Origin: Phaeosaccion multiseriatum | Lineage: Eukaryota; Protista; Ochrophyta, other classes | Direction of reading: 5' to 3' | Assembly (NCBI GenBank): GCA_965112735.1 | Contig: OZ218950.1 | Coordinates: 496,001 to 560,000 of the forward strand | Length of the DNA stretch: 64,000 nt | Part shown: piece after piece, positions 14,549-28,200 of the stretch | Numbering within the stretch: position 1 is the stretch's first letter | Layout: each line of letters starts with the position of its first letter | Notes under the pieces: generated by a model | The model's input: only the letters and a program-made list of their open reading frames with translations | Database searches by the model: none | Told to the model about the DNA's origin: nothing | Position numbers and translations under genes: made by a program

Positions 14549-17500
14549 CAGCCCGCAGAGGCGGTGCTCGGGGGGCGAGAGGGGGCAGGACGAGGAGGAG
14601 GCAGGAGCAGGGGTTGGGTTTGTGGCTGGGAGCTCGCACACGCACCCACACGGCTCCTCCGCACGACAAAAGTCGAATTCGTTGGAAGCAGTGGAGGAGG
14701 AGCTTAATGGGCGAGGCCGGGTAAAGGTGCATGAAGCAGTGGAAGGAGCAAGTCTGAGGCAGCAAGTGGAGCATGTCGGCACCTTACAGGCTCTGCTACT
14801 AGAGGCCCAGCAGCAGCAACAGCAGCACCACCAGCAGTTGGTGATGCAGCAGCAGGGGGGAGGGGAGCAGGTGGGGGAGGGGGGGATGGGGGCAGACGTT
14901 GACGACGGATGGTTCGCACTTAGTACCGAAGACACCAAGCTCGCGGCGGAGCTAGTCATGGCTAGCACGAGGGCTCAAAGCAAAAGGAGGAAGGGCGGCA
15001 GGGGAGGGGCAGGACGGGGCACAGCAGTTGGTGATACGGATTCGGACGTCACGGCAGCTCATGATGGTGGTACATGCGCAGCAGTTGGCGATACAGCGCG
15101 GCTGGCGTCGCCATCATCCGCGCTCTTCCGTAGGCTTTTGATAAGTGCCCTAACCCGACTCGAGCGCCGCCGTCGCCATCGGTTGCTGCGAGAAGGGCTC
15201 TCTCTCTGGCGGAAGGGGGCGGAGGGAACCCACCTTGGCAAGCTTCGAAGAGCGAGAGAGGCCATACACAGCAGTCTCCGAGACAACCTCTGTCGGAGGG
15301 AGCTGCGAGCGAGGAAGGCGTTGATGATGGAGCGGAATCAGCGTGACCATCGTGCGCTCCTGTCTCGCCTGCTTCCCTCACGACTGTCCGCGGCTGGGGT
15401 GGTGCAGCGGTGGTGGAGAGGGTGTCGGGACCGTGGGCGCGTGCGTGGGCTGATGAGGGAGCAGCGGTCGGCAGTGCGGCTTCAAGCGCTGTGGAGGGGT
15501 GCGCAGGAGCGAGGGCAATGGGGGAAGAAGCGTCGGGAGAGGGCGGAACAGGAGGCAGCAGCGATTGTGATTCAGCGTACTGCGAGGGGAAGGTCGGTGC
15601 GTGTGAACGTGCGACTGTGGAGCAAGCTCGGTGTGGTAGAAGAGAGGACGGAGGCGTTTCGGCTTCATGTGGAGGCGGCGAGGAGGCGCTTTTACGTACA
15701 GGGGGCGGCGGTGCGGCTTCAGCAGGTAAGGGGGTGGTGGGGAGGTTGGTTGGTTGGTTGGTTGGTTGGTTGGTTGATTTGTTGGTTGGTTGGTTGTTTG
15801 GATGGTTGGTCGGTTGGTCGGTTGGTTGGTTGGTTGGCTTGTCGATTGATTGGTTGGTTGTTTGGTTGGTTGTTTGGTTCGTTGATTGGTTGGTTGGTTC
15901 GTTGGTTGGTTGTTTGGTTGGTCGTTTGGTTGGTTGGTTGGTTGATTGGTTGGTCGGTCGATTGTTCGCGCGGAGGGGCCATCGTTTGATACCCAAACAA
16001 TTTGCCGGTGGCTCCACCCCACTCTCCGTAACAGATTTGGAGGACGCGACGGCTGCTCAAGCGGCTCCGTACCTACGTGCGAGTAGCCAAACGCCGCTTT
16101 ATCATCATGATTCAGAGCTGGTGGCGAATGGTCGTGTACAGGCACACTCTGCGGGACCTCAGGAGAGAGTGGGCCCTAAGAAACGAGGCCGAAGGAAAGT
16201 CGGCCGTGCTAATACAATGCGCTTGGAGGGCAAAGAGGGCCAAACGGAGAGTAGAGAGCCTTCGATTCGAGAGAGACAAGGTGAATTGGGAGGGAGAGAG
16301 GGAGGGAGGGAGGGAGGGAGGGAGGGAGAGGCGGGGGCAGGGAGGGAGGGGAGGAGGGAGGGAGGAAGGGAAAGGGGGAGGGACGGAGGGAAAAGGGGAG
16401 GGAGGAACCGACTAGCTGACACCAGGCACCGACTGACCCATACACCCCCATCCACCCTCTCCCGATACCGACAGGCTCTTCTTGTGTCCCAGCTGGAGGC
16501 TGAACGGGCCCTCGCTCCTCGCCTCTACCCCATCCCCTTCGTCAAGACGCGATGGACCTTTACCGACTGCGACGATCTTCTCGTTCGACTCGAGCAAGAG
16601 GAGGAGGAGGAGGAGGAAACGGAAGGTGCGTTGGTTCGTTGGCTTCGTTCATGGATGAGCTTAGTTAAGGTTGGGTTGGGTTGGGTTGAGTTGGGTTGGG
16701 TTGGTGTGGTAGGGCATCCTATATGTTTTCTCGCATGTCTTCCTTTTCCTGTCTCTCCTCTCTCCTCTCTGTTCTCCGCGCTCGCCGCTCGCCCTCGCTT
16801 TCGCACTCATCTGTTCTGCCGCCTGTCTTCTTCCTCTCGTGCTCCTCTCTCTTCTCTCTTCTCTCTTCTCTCTCCTTTCTTCTCCTCTCCCCGCTCTCCT
16901 CTCTTCTCTCGCCTCTCTCCCGTCTCGCTTCTCTCTCCTCTCTATCCATCTGCTCACCAGCTGCCAAAGCCGCCAAAGCTAAAGCGAAAGCAGATACCGC
17001 CCGGTACTACGAAACACAGATAAGCGCCTTGAAGAAACGCGGGAAACACAGGCAAGCAGAGGCCCTCCGAAGGCGTCTGAAACGTCTGAAACAGAAGCCG
17101 AGGGTCAAGGTGGCTTTGGACCTTCGCATCTTGAATCGCAAGAGGAGAGAGGCAAGCTTGAAGCGCCGCTACTGGTTGAAGCGGGGGCGCTACAGCAGGG
17201 ACCGAAAAGAGGCACACGCCGCCACTCAGGTAGGCTGAGGTGCAGTTTGCAGTTTGCAGTTTGCAGTTGCAGTTGCAGTTAATTTGACCTCTGCATCCAA
17301 CACTATCCTAAGCATGAGCTACAACATCGATATCGAATTCTCACATCTCGCGCATCTCATGACTCTAACACTACCTGTGCTTTCTTCTCAGGTGCAGAGG
17401 ATCTATCGCGGGCATCGAGCGCGGCGGCGCATCGGACGTGTGAAGCGGCGGCTGGTGGTCAAGCGGCGCAGAGAGAGAGAGGCGCGCCGCAAGCGGGCTG

Positions 17501-20500
17501 CCACCGCCATTCAGCTGGCATGGCTGCAGAGACGGGCAAGGGAGGAGCTCAAGGCCAGGAAGTATCAGTTCCGGGCGGTCCTCGTCCAAGCGAGGTGTGT
17601 GGTTATCGTACTTGTCCTTTGTTGGCTTATTTGATCTTGGGCGTTGTCTGTCATTCACTCACTCCAACCAAATGCACTACTCCACTCAGTCAGTCAGTCA
17701 GTCAGTCAGTCAGTCAGTCAGTCAGTCAGTCAGTCAGTCAGTCAGACAGTCAGTCACCCACTCACTCACTCACTCCCTCACTCCCCCCCTCACTCACTCC
17801 CTCCCTCCAACCACAGACAATTATTCCAACTCAATCACTAACTCACTCACTCACTCACTCAGTCACTTAGTCACTCGCTCACTCCCTCACTCACCACTCA
17901 TTCACTCCCTTACTCGTTCACTCACTAATCCACTCACCCACTCACTCCCTCCCTCCCTCCTTCCCTCCCTCCCAAAACCAACAGATGGAGGGGTAACAAT
18001 GCTCGGCGTCGCTACGCCCGCCTCAGAGAAGAGACATACGCCGCCACGTTAGTGCAGAAGCATGTAAGGGGCGGTCTGGCGAGGCAGCGCGCCAGAGAGC
18101 GAAGGAGGGAGGCACGAGAACTGAAACAGCCCGCCATCTGTGTGCAGAAGTGGATTCGAGGTGGTCAAGCAAGGGCATCGGTGCGGAGGCGTGTGATGGC
18201 GGAGCAGCGAGACAGAGAGGAGGGGTTAGCGGCGGAGAGTGTGTTCTTTGTCCTCATGCAGAGGCTGCGCTACCACCTCTTGGTGGAGGGCTGCCGAGTG
18301 GTGACTACTACCACTGCTGTATCACCAACTGCTGGTGCTGGTGGTACAAGGAAGAAGAGGCCCAAGAAGCCCTTTGGCGTGGGGGTGCATGTGTTTCGTC
18401 GTGCGGGCCATCAGGCCAGCGACGGCTCCTACGGATTGCACGGGGCAGAGTGGGTAAAGTTCCTGAAGGAGTGTCCAGGGGTCATCGATCCTGCCAGCGG
18501 GGGTAGGAGAGCGCTGGGCGCTGGCAGCGGAAAGTGTATGGGTAAGGCTGGTCAGAGTCAGCAGCATGCTGGGGCGACGGAGAAGGAGACGGAGAAGGAG
18601 AAGGGGAAGCAGCAGCTGCAGCAGAGGCAAGAGCAAGGGGCGCACGGGGAACAGGGGGCAAGCAAGGGGAGCAAGGCCAGCAAGGGTCAGGGTCGGGCGG
18701 TGACACTCAGTGTCGTGGATGCAGATCTCATCTTCGCACAGCTGAACAAGGACACAGATGACAACCACAAGACCAACAAGAAGAGAACCAACACGCTAAG
18801 CTTTGAGCAGTTCCTCGCTGCCCTGGACATTGTCACGGCGACGCTCTTCCCCTTGGTGAAGCGATGGAAGGGCCTCAAAGACGTTCGTGCGAAGGACGCT
18901 CGGCTGCTGCATCTGTTTGAAGAGCTGGTGCTGGAGAGCCCCTGGGGGAAGGAGAGCAGGGTCTACCAGATGGTAAGCGGTTATTAGGATGCAGTGGCTG
19001 GGTAGGTAGGTGGGTGGGCGGTGCTTGTTCATTCATTTGTGTGTGCGTGTGTGTGTATTGGCGTGCCTATGTGCGTGCGTGCGTGCGTCCGCTTTCGCGT
19101 GTGCGTGTGTCAGGGAAGGGGAGGGGGGGAGAGCACATTTCCGCACACACGTGCACACACGCACCCGCACACGCACACGCACCCGCATATGCACACACAC
19201 CTGCACACAAGGAGGCATGCACGAAGCGCAAATGAGACACTTTCGCCACCATTCCGTTCTCCTCCTGAGAGCGCCGCTCTCTGCCTTTGGAGCGCCCGCC
19301 TCATTCCTCTCCCTCCTATCCCCTCTCCCCTCTCCCCTCTCCCCTCTCCCCTCCCCTCCCCCCTCTCCCTACCCGTCAGGAATCGCTCTCTCGGCACGCC
19401 AAAGCCCTCGTCACCCGTCTCCAATGCGTGGTCCGAGCCCACTTCGCCCGTCAAACCGCCCGACAAGCTCGCGCCCTGGCCATCAACGCCGCTTGGGCTG
19501 AGTGGGAGGGGTATGCCGCTCTCACTATCCAGTGCCTAGTGCGACGAGTCCAAGCGAGAGACAGGGTGGAGATGCTGGCTCGAGAGGCGTATCAGAAGTT
19601 TACCGACCCGGAAACCGGCCGTCCTTACTGGTGCAGTCCGACAGGGGGTTTAGTGACTTGGGAGAAGCCGTTGCTGCTCGGGAGAGGGGACGTGGCCTAT
19701 GCGTTGACGGTGGTGGACAAGCTCAGCGAGTTTGTTGTTCGGTGTAGGTGAGTGAGTGAGTGAGTGAGTGTGTGTGTGTGTGTGTGGGTGGGTGGGGAGG
19801 GATGGCAGTGGATGAGGAGGGATGGCAGTGGATAGGAAAGGCATGAATGGCAGTGGATGGGAGAGGTATTGACAGCAGTGGATGGGAAAGGCAGGGAATG
19901 AGCGCAACGTGACTAAAGACTATCCTCCTCCTCCTCCTCCTCCTCCAGCAACTGCGAGGTGGCCCCATGCGCTGTCCTGTGTGAAACGTGCCAAGACTCC
20001 TTCTGCTTAGAGTGCTTCCAAAGCCTCCACCAAAAGGGCCTGAGGAAGGCAACCCACGTCCCCAAGCCCATTCCCATGTGTGTGCATTGCCACTACCAGC
20101 ACGCCACTCGCTACTGCGAAACGTGCCGCAGCGAAGCACCACCGAGCGAATCACCAACATGCGAAGGTCACAGCGAAGCACCAACACCCATAGGAGGAGG
20201 AGGAGGAGGAGGGACAGTGCGAGGTGCTTCGTACTGCGACGTGTGCTTCTTCAACGCCCACCCCGAGGCTCAGCCATCTGTGAAAGAGGCAGATGCAGCG
20301 GCAGCGGTAGGGGGAGGGGGAGGGGCGGAGGGAGGGACGGAGCAGCAGCTCAGCCTCAACAGATTGAAGAAGAAGCGGAGGCCGCATACTACACACCCCT
20401 TGGTGGTGCCGTGCGTAGAGTGCCATTGTCTGGCCGCCAGGTGAGTGGCTGATATCGACATGCTCGATATCCGAAATCTTCGATATATCCATTTGCTCGA

Positions 20501-23155
20501 TATTGGCGTGTTCGATACTGATGTGTACAGTATCGAGGTTGGCCAACAGACTGAAACTGCCTAGCAAACTGACACTCTCCCTCTCCCTCTCCTCGCCGCA
20601 ACGCCTCCCCTCCCTCCTCCCCTGCAGATGGCTGTGCGACGAGTGCGAGGATGCGTTCTGCTCTACGTGCTTCATGCGGGTGCACTCTCGGGGCAAGTGG
20701 GCCAAGCACAAAGCCATCAAGCTGGCCTACTACCAGCCGGGCATGTGAGTGGCAGGCAGGCAGGCAGACACGCAGGATGGCAGCAAATGGCAGAAGAGTA
20801 GAGTCAGGCTGGGAAGTGCCCACCGCTGGCCCAACTCTTACGCAATACTTACTGAACATTCGTTCGTACGTTCGGCTACATAGCTAACCTCCCGATTCAA
20901 TCCGATCCGATCCCATCCCATCCGTTGTGATCTGGTCCTATTTCTCTCCTCTCCTCTTCCCTTTCCTCTTTTTAACCGTTATGATTTAAAGGCATATGCA
21001 ATACCGCCTGGATTGCTCGCATCGGAGGCGGGCCGCCTTCGCCGCGGAGGCCTTGCTGAAGCACCAACTGGAGGAGAGGCGTCGACAGTTGGAGGCCACC
21101 CTCACACTGCAGAGCCACTGGAGAGGCTGCATGGGTAGGGCCAAGGGCAAGGTAAGGGAGGGAGGTCATGGGGGCGGGGGTTGGATGGCAGTAGATGGCA
21201 GGGAATGGATAGAGTTGTTTCCTCCCTCTCTTTCTCCCCCTTTCGCCCTCTCCCTCTCCTCCTCGCCGATACGGCCACGCTTTGATGCTCTATATCGACC
21301 CCTCTATACAAACGATTGATCGATTGATGGGCGATGATGTGATGCGATAACGATGCCCTCACGAGTCGATAACACTGCACGCACACACACGCAGCGACGG
21401 CTGAAGCGCGCGAGGGCAGCCCTCCGCGCCGATTTCAGGCAACGCAAGAGAGACGACGCCCACTTCAGGTATGAGGGGTACTCACTCATTCACTCAGTCA
21501 CTCACTTACTCAGTGGCTCCCTCCCTCCCTCCCTCCCTCCCTCCCTCCCTCCCTCCCTCCCTCCCTCCACCACTCACTCACTCACTCACTCACTCCCTCA
21601 CTCACTCACTCACTCACTCACCCACTTCAGGTCTCAAGGGTGGTTCCAAGCCCTTGACCGATGGGGCAAGGCGTTCGTTCTCAAGAGCGACAGTCGAGAG
21701 GAAGCGGTGCTGAGGTGTATCAAAGAGTCCAGGAGGGCGAGAGCAAGACGCTTCATTGCGTACAATAGAGAGGATCTGGCGTGGCCGCTAGAGCTGGAGA
21801 GAGAGGAGGAGGAGGAGGAGGAGGAAGACGAGGAGGAGGGTGAGGGGGACGGGGAGGGTGAGGGGGAGGAGGTTAAGAAGAAGCAGGAGGAGGAGGAGGA
21901 GGAGGAGGAGGAGAAGGAGGTCAGGCGGCACAGCAAGGTGAAGGAGAAGGAGGAGGGGGGTGGAAGCACAACTCCCGAGGAGAGGAAGCAAGCTCGTCGA
22001 CTCGCTCAAGAAGCAGAGCTCTTGGCCCACAAGAGACGCACGGGGGTGCTCAAAGCAAAGGGAAAGCTCCGTACAGGGTTTGAGATTGGCACTCTGGATG
22101 AGTTGAGAGATCAAGCCAGGCACGGAGGGATTCGCCTCCCCGGCAGGCACTCGATTCAGCGATGCCATCGATGGGTGGTCATGGGCGACGGCATAGACTT
22201 GCGAAACGTGCTCGTGCCCGGTCACTTTGTTAGGGGGGGAGGGCTTCCGGCGGAGACTACGTATCGGGTAGAGGCTGTGGAGAGAGAGAGGGTGAAGCTT
22301 GATCGCTTGTGGACCTTCCCCGACGTGAAGAGGAGAACGCGCGGGGCGAAGAAGGAGGGAAAGGAGGAGGGAGGGAAAGGAGAAGGGAAGGAGGAGGAGG
22401 GAGGGCTGATTCTCTATCAGATGGTGGGGCATAATGCGAGTACGCGAGTGAGGCTTGGGTGGAAGGCGCGTAGGTGGCTCGTCTCCAATGCCTTGTCGCA
22501 GAGTGCCATCGGTGCGGTGGTGCGGTACCATCAGAACGTGGTGGCAGTGGGTGTGATGGGGAGGGCTGCCTCTTCGATGCGGCAGATGAAGTGGGCGAGT
22601 GGTTACAGAAAGATGAAGCGGAGGGCCCAGAGGCATCAAGACACGGCTGACGAGTGGAAGATGCTCCTCAATAGCAATCAGGTGGGCAGGGATGCTATGA
22701 AGAGGGGCAAGGGGGGAGGCGACCAAGACGGCCAGGCGGGAGGAGGAGGAGGAGGAGTAGGGGATGGCACCTCAAGGAGGGGAGGGGGGGATCGTGCTGC
22801 TGTTGGTGGTACGGGTAGGAGAGAGTCAGGCGGTGTCTCTAAGAAGAAGGAGGTGGACGAAGAAGCGGCGGAGGCGGCGGCGGCGTCAGCAGCAGCCTTG
22901 GATGTAATGGAGGCCCTCGCATTGAAGAAGGAGGATAAGTACCTTGGTGATCCTTCTCTGCCGGAGGGGTGGGTGGCGATGCAGGATAAGAAGATGGGCT
23001 TTGTGTATTACGTCAAGGAGAGTACGGGCGAGATGAGCAAGATCAAGCCGACTGAGGCCATGGTTAAGAAGGAAGGGCTTGAGAAGTTGGAGAAGAAGAA
23101 GGAGGAGCTTCGAGCTAAGCGCAACGGGGCCAGGGGCACGGGACGGAGGGGCTGA
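12279..23155 (+). CDS. Large multidomain protein: IQ motifs + p25alpha(TPPP)-like domain + WW + B-box zinc fingers + C-terminal WW (~2,680 aa, 12 exons)
   Basis: Approximate exons 12279-15725, 16035-16280, 16475-16625, 16961-17229, 17392-17594, 17985-18972, 19380-19747, 19949-20440, 20628-20744, 20992-21151, 21395-21468, 21631-23155 sum to 8040 nt (divisible by 3). IQ motifs: LQALWRG, IQRTARG, VQRIYRG. p25alpha-like: [13 protein letters not shown]...DADLIFAQL...[12 protein letters not shown]: DPETGRPYW...TWEKP and [26 protein letters not shown]-boxes: [34 protein letters not shown]. The N-terminus is low-complexity and the start is uncertain. Confidence 0.8.
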
Positions 23156-24489
23156 TTGGTTGGTTGGTTGGTTGGTTGGTTGATTGGTTGGTTGGTTGGT
23201 TGGTTGGTTGGTTGGTTGGTTGGTTGGTTGGTTGGGTGGTTGGTTGGTTGGTTGGGTGGTTGGTTGGTTGATTGATTGATTGACGAGAGGAACGAGGCTG
23301 TCGGAAAGAGGGCTTGGTGCGTGGCTTTTACTTTGTAGACTGAGAGACTGAGAGGGATGATGAATAGGGTGAATACGAAGGCAGGACGCGAGGCGAGGGG
23401 GAAGCTGACTGACACCAAGTACTGAGGTACTGCTTGACTGGTCGACTGATTTCAGGTACTGAGTGACTTTGACAGCTGCGCTGTCGAACCCTTTTGGTTG
23501 GCTGTAATAACAGTTTTGTTCCAAGGACACAGTGCTTGTAACCCGGGGGATATCTCCCACCGGGGAGTACTCCCCCCGGAAAAGCGTCGCCCTCCTCCTC
23601 CCTTCTGATGGACATACAGTGAATGTCCAGCAACGAATGAATGGGTGGTGGCGATGCTCTCATCATTGTATTGAGAACTGCTTATTCTACAAATCACCCA
23701 TTGCAAAAAACAACTTCAAGCTTCACGGCGGACTAGCTGAGGCCATCGTATCACTAAATCCCAAGTCCCGAGATATCAGCAGCAGGGCCCTCCACACGCA
23801 CGCACGCTCGCAGGGCCTTCCGTCCGCGCCTCTTCTTCTCACTCGCCGTCACCATGCTCTCCTCCAGCACCGCCCACTCCTCCTTCAGCTTGTCGTCATC
23901 ATCATCCTCCCCTACTCCTCCTGAGCGAAAGCGGTGGTAGGCAGACACAAAGCCTCGGATCGTGCTCTCCAGGCTCGCCCCCTTCCTCTTTGTGCGCACA
24001 GCGAGGTGGGGCAGCAGCAACACTTTACTCCGGCCCACAGCCACGACCGCGCCATTCGATAGCTCCCTGCCCTGACGGCCGCAGAAGGCCGTGGCAGCAT
24101 CAGCCCCGCCATCTTCCAGCCCTCTCCACAGGTCACAGGGCAGCTGAATCTCGTCCCCGACATGAAGCCCCAGCCCCGCAAGCAAACCCACCCCATTCCC
24201 ATCCTCCAGTGCCTCCTTCCTCTCCTCCCCTCCCCCAGGCATTGAAGGGGCGCATTTTGCCCTCTTGCTTCCTCTCCCATTGATGTCCTCCGCAGCTCCT
24301 CGCTTGGGCACAGGCGTACAACGGGCAATCTCCTCCTTCTGCTCCGCTCCCTCCCTCTTCGCTCGTGCATGCCTCAGGCACATCCCACCTTGCTTCCGCT
24401 GCTTCTCGCACCCCTCAACAGTACACCTCTTCACCACAGCTCCGTGGGCCTGGCAAAGTCCTCCTCTGACACGATGCTTGTCGCACCCC

Positions 24490-24821
24490 GCCGCCTGAGG
24501 AGCAGGAGTACACCAGCCAGCAGACAGCGAGACCATCAGCACACAGCATAGCAACCACAGTTAGTCACGCCTTGTCACCCGCACCACCCACAGTAGGCTA
24601 GTTCACATATCACCTCCACCACCTCACTCCTTCCCATACCCCTTCATCTCCTCCTCCCCCCTTCACTCCCTTCCCATTCCCCATTATCCTCTACTCTACC
24701 ACCCTTACCATCCTCTTCCCCTCCACCTCACGCTCCATCAATACCACACATACACGCATCTACACATGGTTACAACTTACCTCGAGCGCTCCAATACTGA
24801 GCCCATAAGCTCTAATATACA
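24490..24821 (+). mobile_element. 5'-truncated copy (332 bp; stop codon + 3'UTR) of the site-specific CRE-like non-LTR retrotransposon
   Basis: Near-identical to 57432-57763. Ends ctctaatataca. Flanked by TSD tgtcgcacccc (24479-24489 / 24822-24832). Confidence 0.93.
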
Positions 24822-25219
24822 TGTCGCACCCCTCAACAGTACACCTCTTCACCACAGCTCCATGGCCATGGCAAAGGCCTTCTCTGACACGATACTTGTC
24901 GCACCCCTCCACACTACACCTCTTCACCACGGCTCCATGGCCCTGGCAAAGTCCTCCTTGGACCCGCTGCTTGTCGCACCCCTCAACAGTACACCTCTTC
25001 ACCACAGCTCCGTGGGCCTGGCAAAGTCCTCCCTGTTGCCACCGCTTCTCGCACCCCTCAACAGTACACCTCTTCCGTACTACCACAGCTCCATGGGCCT
25101 GGCAAAGTCCTCCTCTGACACGATGCTTGTTACACCCCTCAACAGTACACCTCTTCACCAACACCACAGCTCCATGGCCCTTGCAAAGTCCTCCCTGTTG
25201 CGAATGCTTGTTACACCCC

Positions 25220-28200
25220 CACCACCCCCAGCACAGGCACAGACAGAGGAGCGACGGAGAGAAACCTGCGCCCACCTGCTCACCAAACCCGGAGGCCTGC
25301 ACAAGGCCGCCGCGAGGCTCAGCACAAAGAGCAGAGACGGCCACCTCCCTCCCACACACGAGACCTTTAGACGCCTCCAGCAAGCGCACGTCGACGAGAG
25401 CCTCGAAGAGATCAACACAGCAGCAGCAGCAGCCACGGAGTACGCCAGAACCCAGGTGCAGGAGCACCCCGAGAATGGCAACGACGTCACCAGAGAGGAG
25501 ATCAGCACAGCCATGCTGCTGACCTACCGGAGGGTCAACTTCTGGAAGGGCCAAGGAGCAGACGGGCGCAGGGCGAGCCACGTCAAGTACCCCCCGGACA
25601 GCCCCCAGGAGTACGCAATCGTGGAGGCTCTGACTGACACCTACGAGCTGCTCCGAACGGGGGACACTCCACTGCCTCCACAGCTCGCCAAACGGTGGTT
25701 CAGCACCAGCGCCGCAGCCCTCGGCGAGAAAGCGCGTCCTGTGACATCCCCCAACCTCTACCGCAGCCTCGTGGAGAGCTGTCACATGAAGCTCATCGCG
25801 GACAGGGTGGGCCCAGAGCTCAGAAGCGCAGGACAGCTAGCGGTAGCGGTCAGAGGCGGAGGGGAAACACACGCCGCAGCAGCCCAGCTAGCGCACGATG
25901 CCGGCAAAACCGTCGTGCTGCATGACATCACCAAGGCCTACACCCGCGTGTCGCGTGCCAGAGGCGTCCTAGCCTCAGGAGCACTCCCTACCATCGACCC
26001 AGCAGGCATCAACTACGCCATCGCCAGCCTCTCCCACGCCTCCGCCCACAACGCCCTCACACCAGACGGCACCCAGACCATCCACCAGAGCTCCGGAGTC
26101 AACCAAGGAGCACCAGAAGGGCCTCTCATGTTCGCAGCCGCCATCCACCCAGTGCTGAAAGTTCAGAACACAGCCGACACCGCAGCGAACCGCCCCACCA
26201 TCTCCGCCTACGCAGACGACCTCATGGACCAGCTGGAACCCGACGCACCCCTAGAGACCTACGCCCCACGCCATGCCCATCTCCAAGCCCAATTCCGAGG
26301 CTTGGGCCTCGAGTTCAACGAGAGGAAAACGGTTTACCTCATGGGCAAAGGCAAGCAGCCAACACAGGCTGACAGGGACCACGCCCAACGGCAGGGCGCC
26401 ACACTTGCCACCGAGGGTACCGTGGTAGCCGGCATCCCCGTCGGCACGGAGGAGTACATCGAAGAGTACCTCCGCAACATCCTCGGCCAAGAAGACCCCA
26501 GGGGCTACCTCCAACTCGCCAAACACTGCAGCGAGTGGGACAACACCCAGGCGGCCACCCTCGTCCTCCTCCAATGCCTCCCAGCCAGGCTCACACACCT
26601 GGCGAGAGCCATTGACCCCTCCATCTTCCGACGCGCCCTCGGCAGCAGGGCAGACCGCACCAACAGAGCGACAATGGCCCACATCATGCGACTCCCCGAT
26701 GCCCCCCTCTGGAGCAGGCCGCAGATGCACAAGAGGAGCCATGGACGGAGACACAGCGCCTACAAATGCATACGGCACGGCGCTTCGGCGGCCTCGGCCT
26801 CACCAGCCTCCACGACATCGCCCCAGCAGCATACCTTGGCAACAAGATGCTCACCCTCCCCCCCTGCTCAGCCGCACCGCACGCCGGGAAGGCTCCCAAG
26901 AGAGCGCCCTACCGGACCAGCTGTTCACCAACGGAGCCCTCAAGAGCGTCGCCGACAGCGTCAACCTCCTGCACGAGGAGGGGGTCCCTGAGGCCCCCCT
27001 CATCCAAGCAGTGGGTCAGGCACAGTTCGACGAGGCCCGCTCACGCGTACTCGAGCCGCCTGACCACCAAGCCCAAGACACAGCGCGACGCAACGTGCGC
27101 AGGAGCCATCAGGCAGGCCGTCAACCGACCCACGGCGTCCAGAAGGCCCTCACCACCTTCATCCACAAACGCCGCCATGAGGAGCTGACGCAGAGCATCG
27201 CCACCATCGACGTCACACCGGCAGAGGCACAGAGGGGAGAGGAGACACAGGAAATGGCAACAGCCCGACTCCACTCACAGCGAGGAAGGGGCGCCATGGC
27301 CTTCCTCGGAGCGCTCCCCCACGGCCACAACACCATGGCCCCCGCAGAATGGACCATGGCCCTTCGTCGCAACCTCGGTGTCAACACGCCATACGCGGAC
27401 CCGCCCCCACCCTGCCTCGGCACAGGCTGCGCCCGCACGGCAAGCACCACCCACGCCACCATCTGCCCCCGCACCGGCCTCCACAACCACACACACCACC
27501 TCCTCGTCAAGGCCTTCGGGAGGATGATGCACAGCGTGGGCATTGGAGGAGCACGCGTAGAGGACCAGACCTGCTTCGACGGCCCCACGGGCACCCGAGC
27601 AGGCCGAGACCTACGCATGGATCTGACCTATCCCGCAGGTAGCTTCCCGGGAGCGGACGCACCCCTGCGGAGAAACCTCCTCTGCGACATCACCGTCACC
27701 AACCCCACCGCCCCCACCCACGTGGGACGGGCCTCCACCACGCCAGGCCACGCAGCAGCCGCCGCCGAAGAGCGCAAGCGCACGCACTACCTGGGCAGTT
27801 TTCTGCCCGGGACTTCAACCCTCAAGTGCATTGCGATCGAGACGTACGGCAGACTGGGCCACCAAACGGACGAGCTCATCGAGGCGATGGCCATCCACAA
27901 GGCATCAAGAGGGCTCGGCCCCGCAGCGGCGGCAGCCACGGGCCCCATCAAGGGCCTCCTGCGCCAACAACTGTCCCTCGCCCTTCAACGCGCCCTCTCA
28001 CAGCGGGAGATCAGGTATGGCACCCTCCTTCGAGCCACGATGACGCAGCACGAAGCAGCAGAAACCCTCGACTGGGGGCTCATGGGAGCCATCGACGGAG
28101 CGGCCGCCTGAGGAGCAGGAGTACACCAGCCAGCAGACAGCGAGACCATCAGCACACAGCATAGCAACCACAGTTAGTCACGCCTTGTCACCCGCACCAC

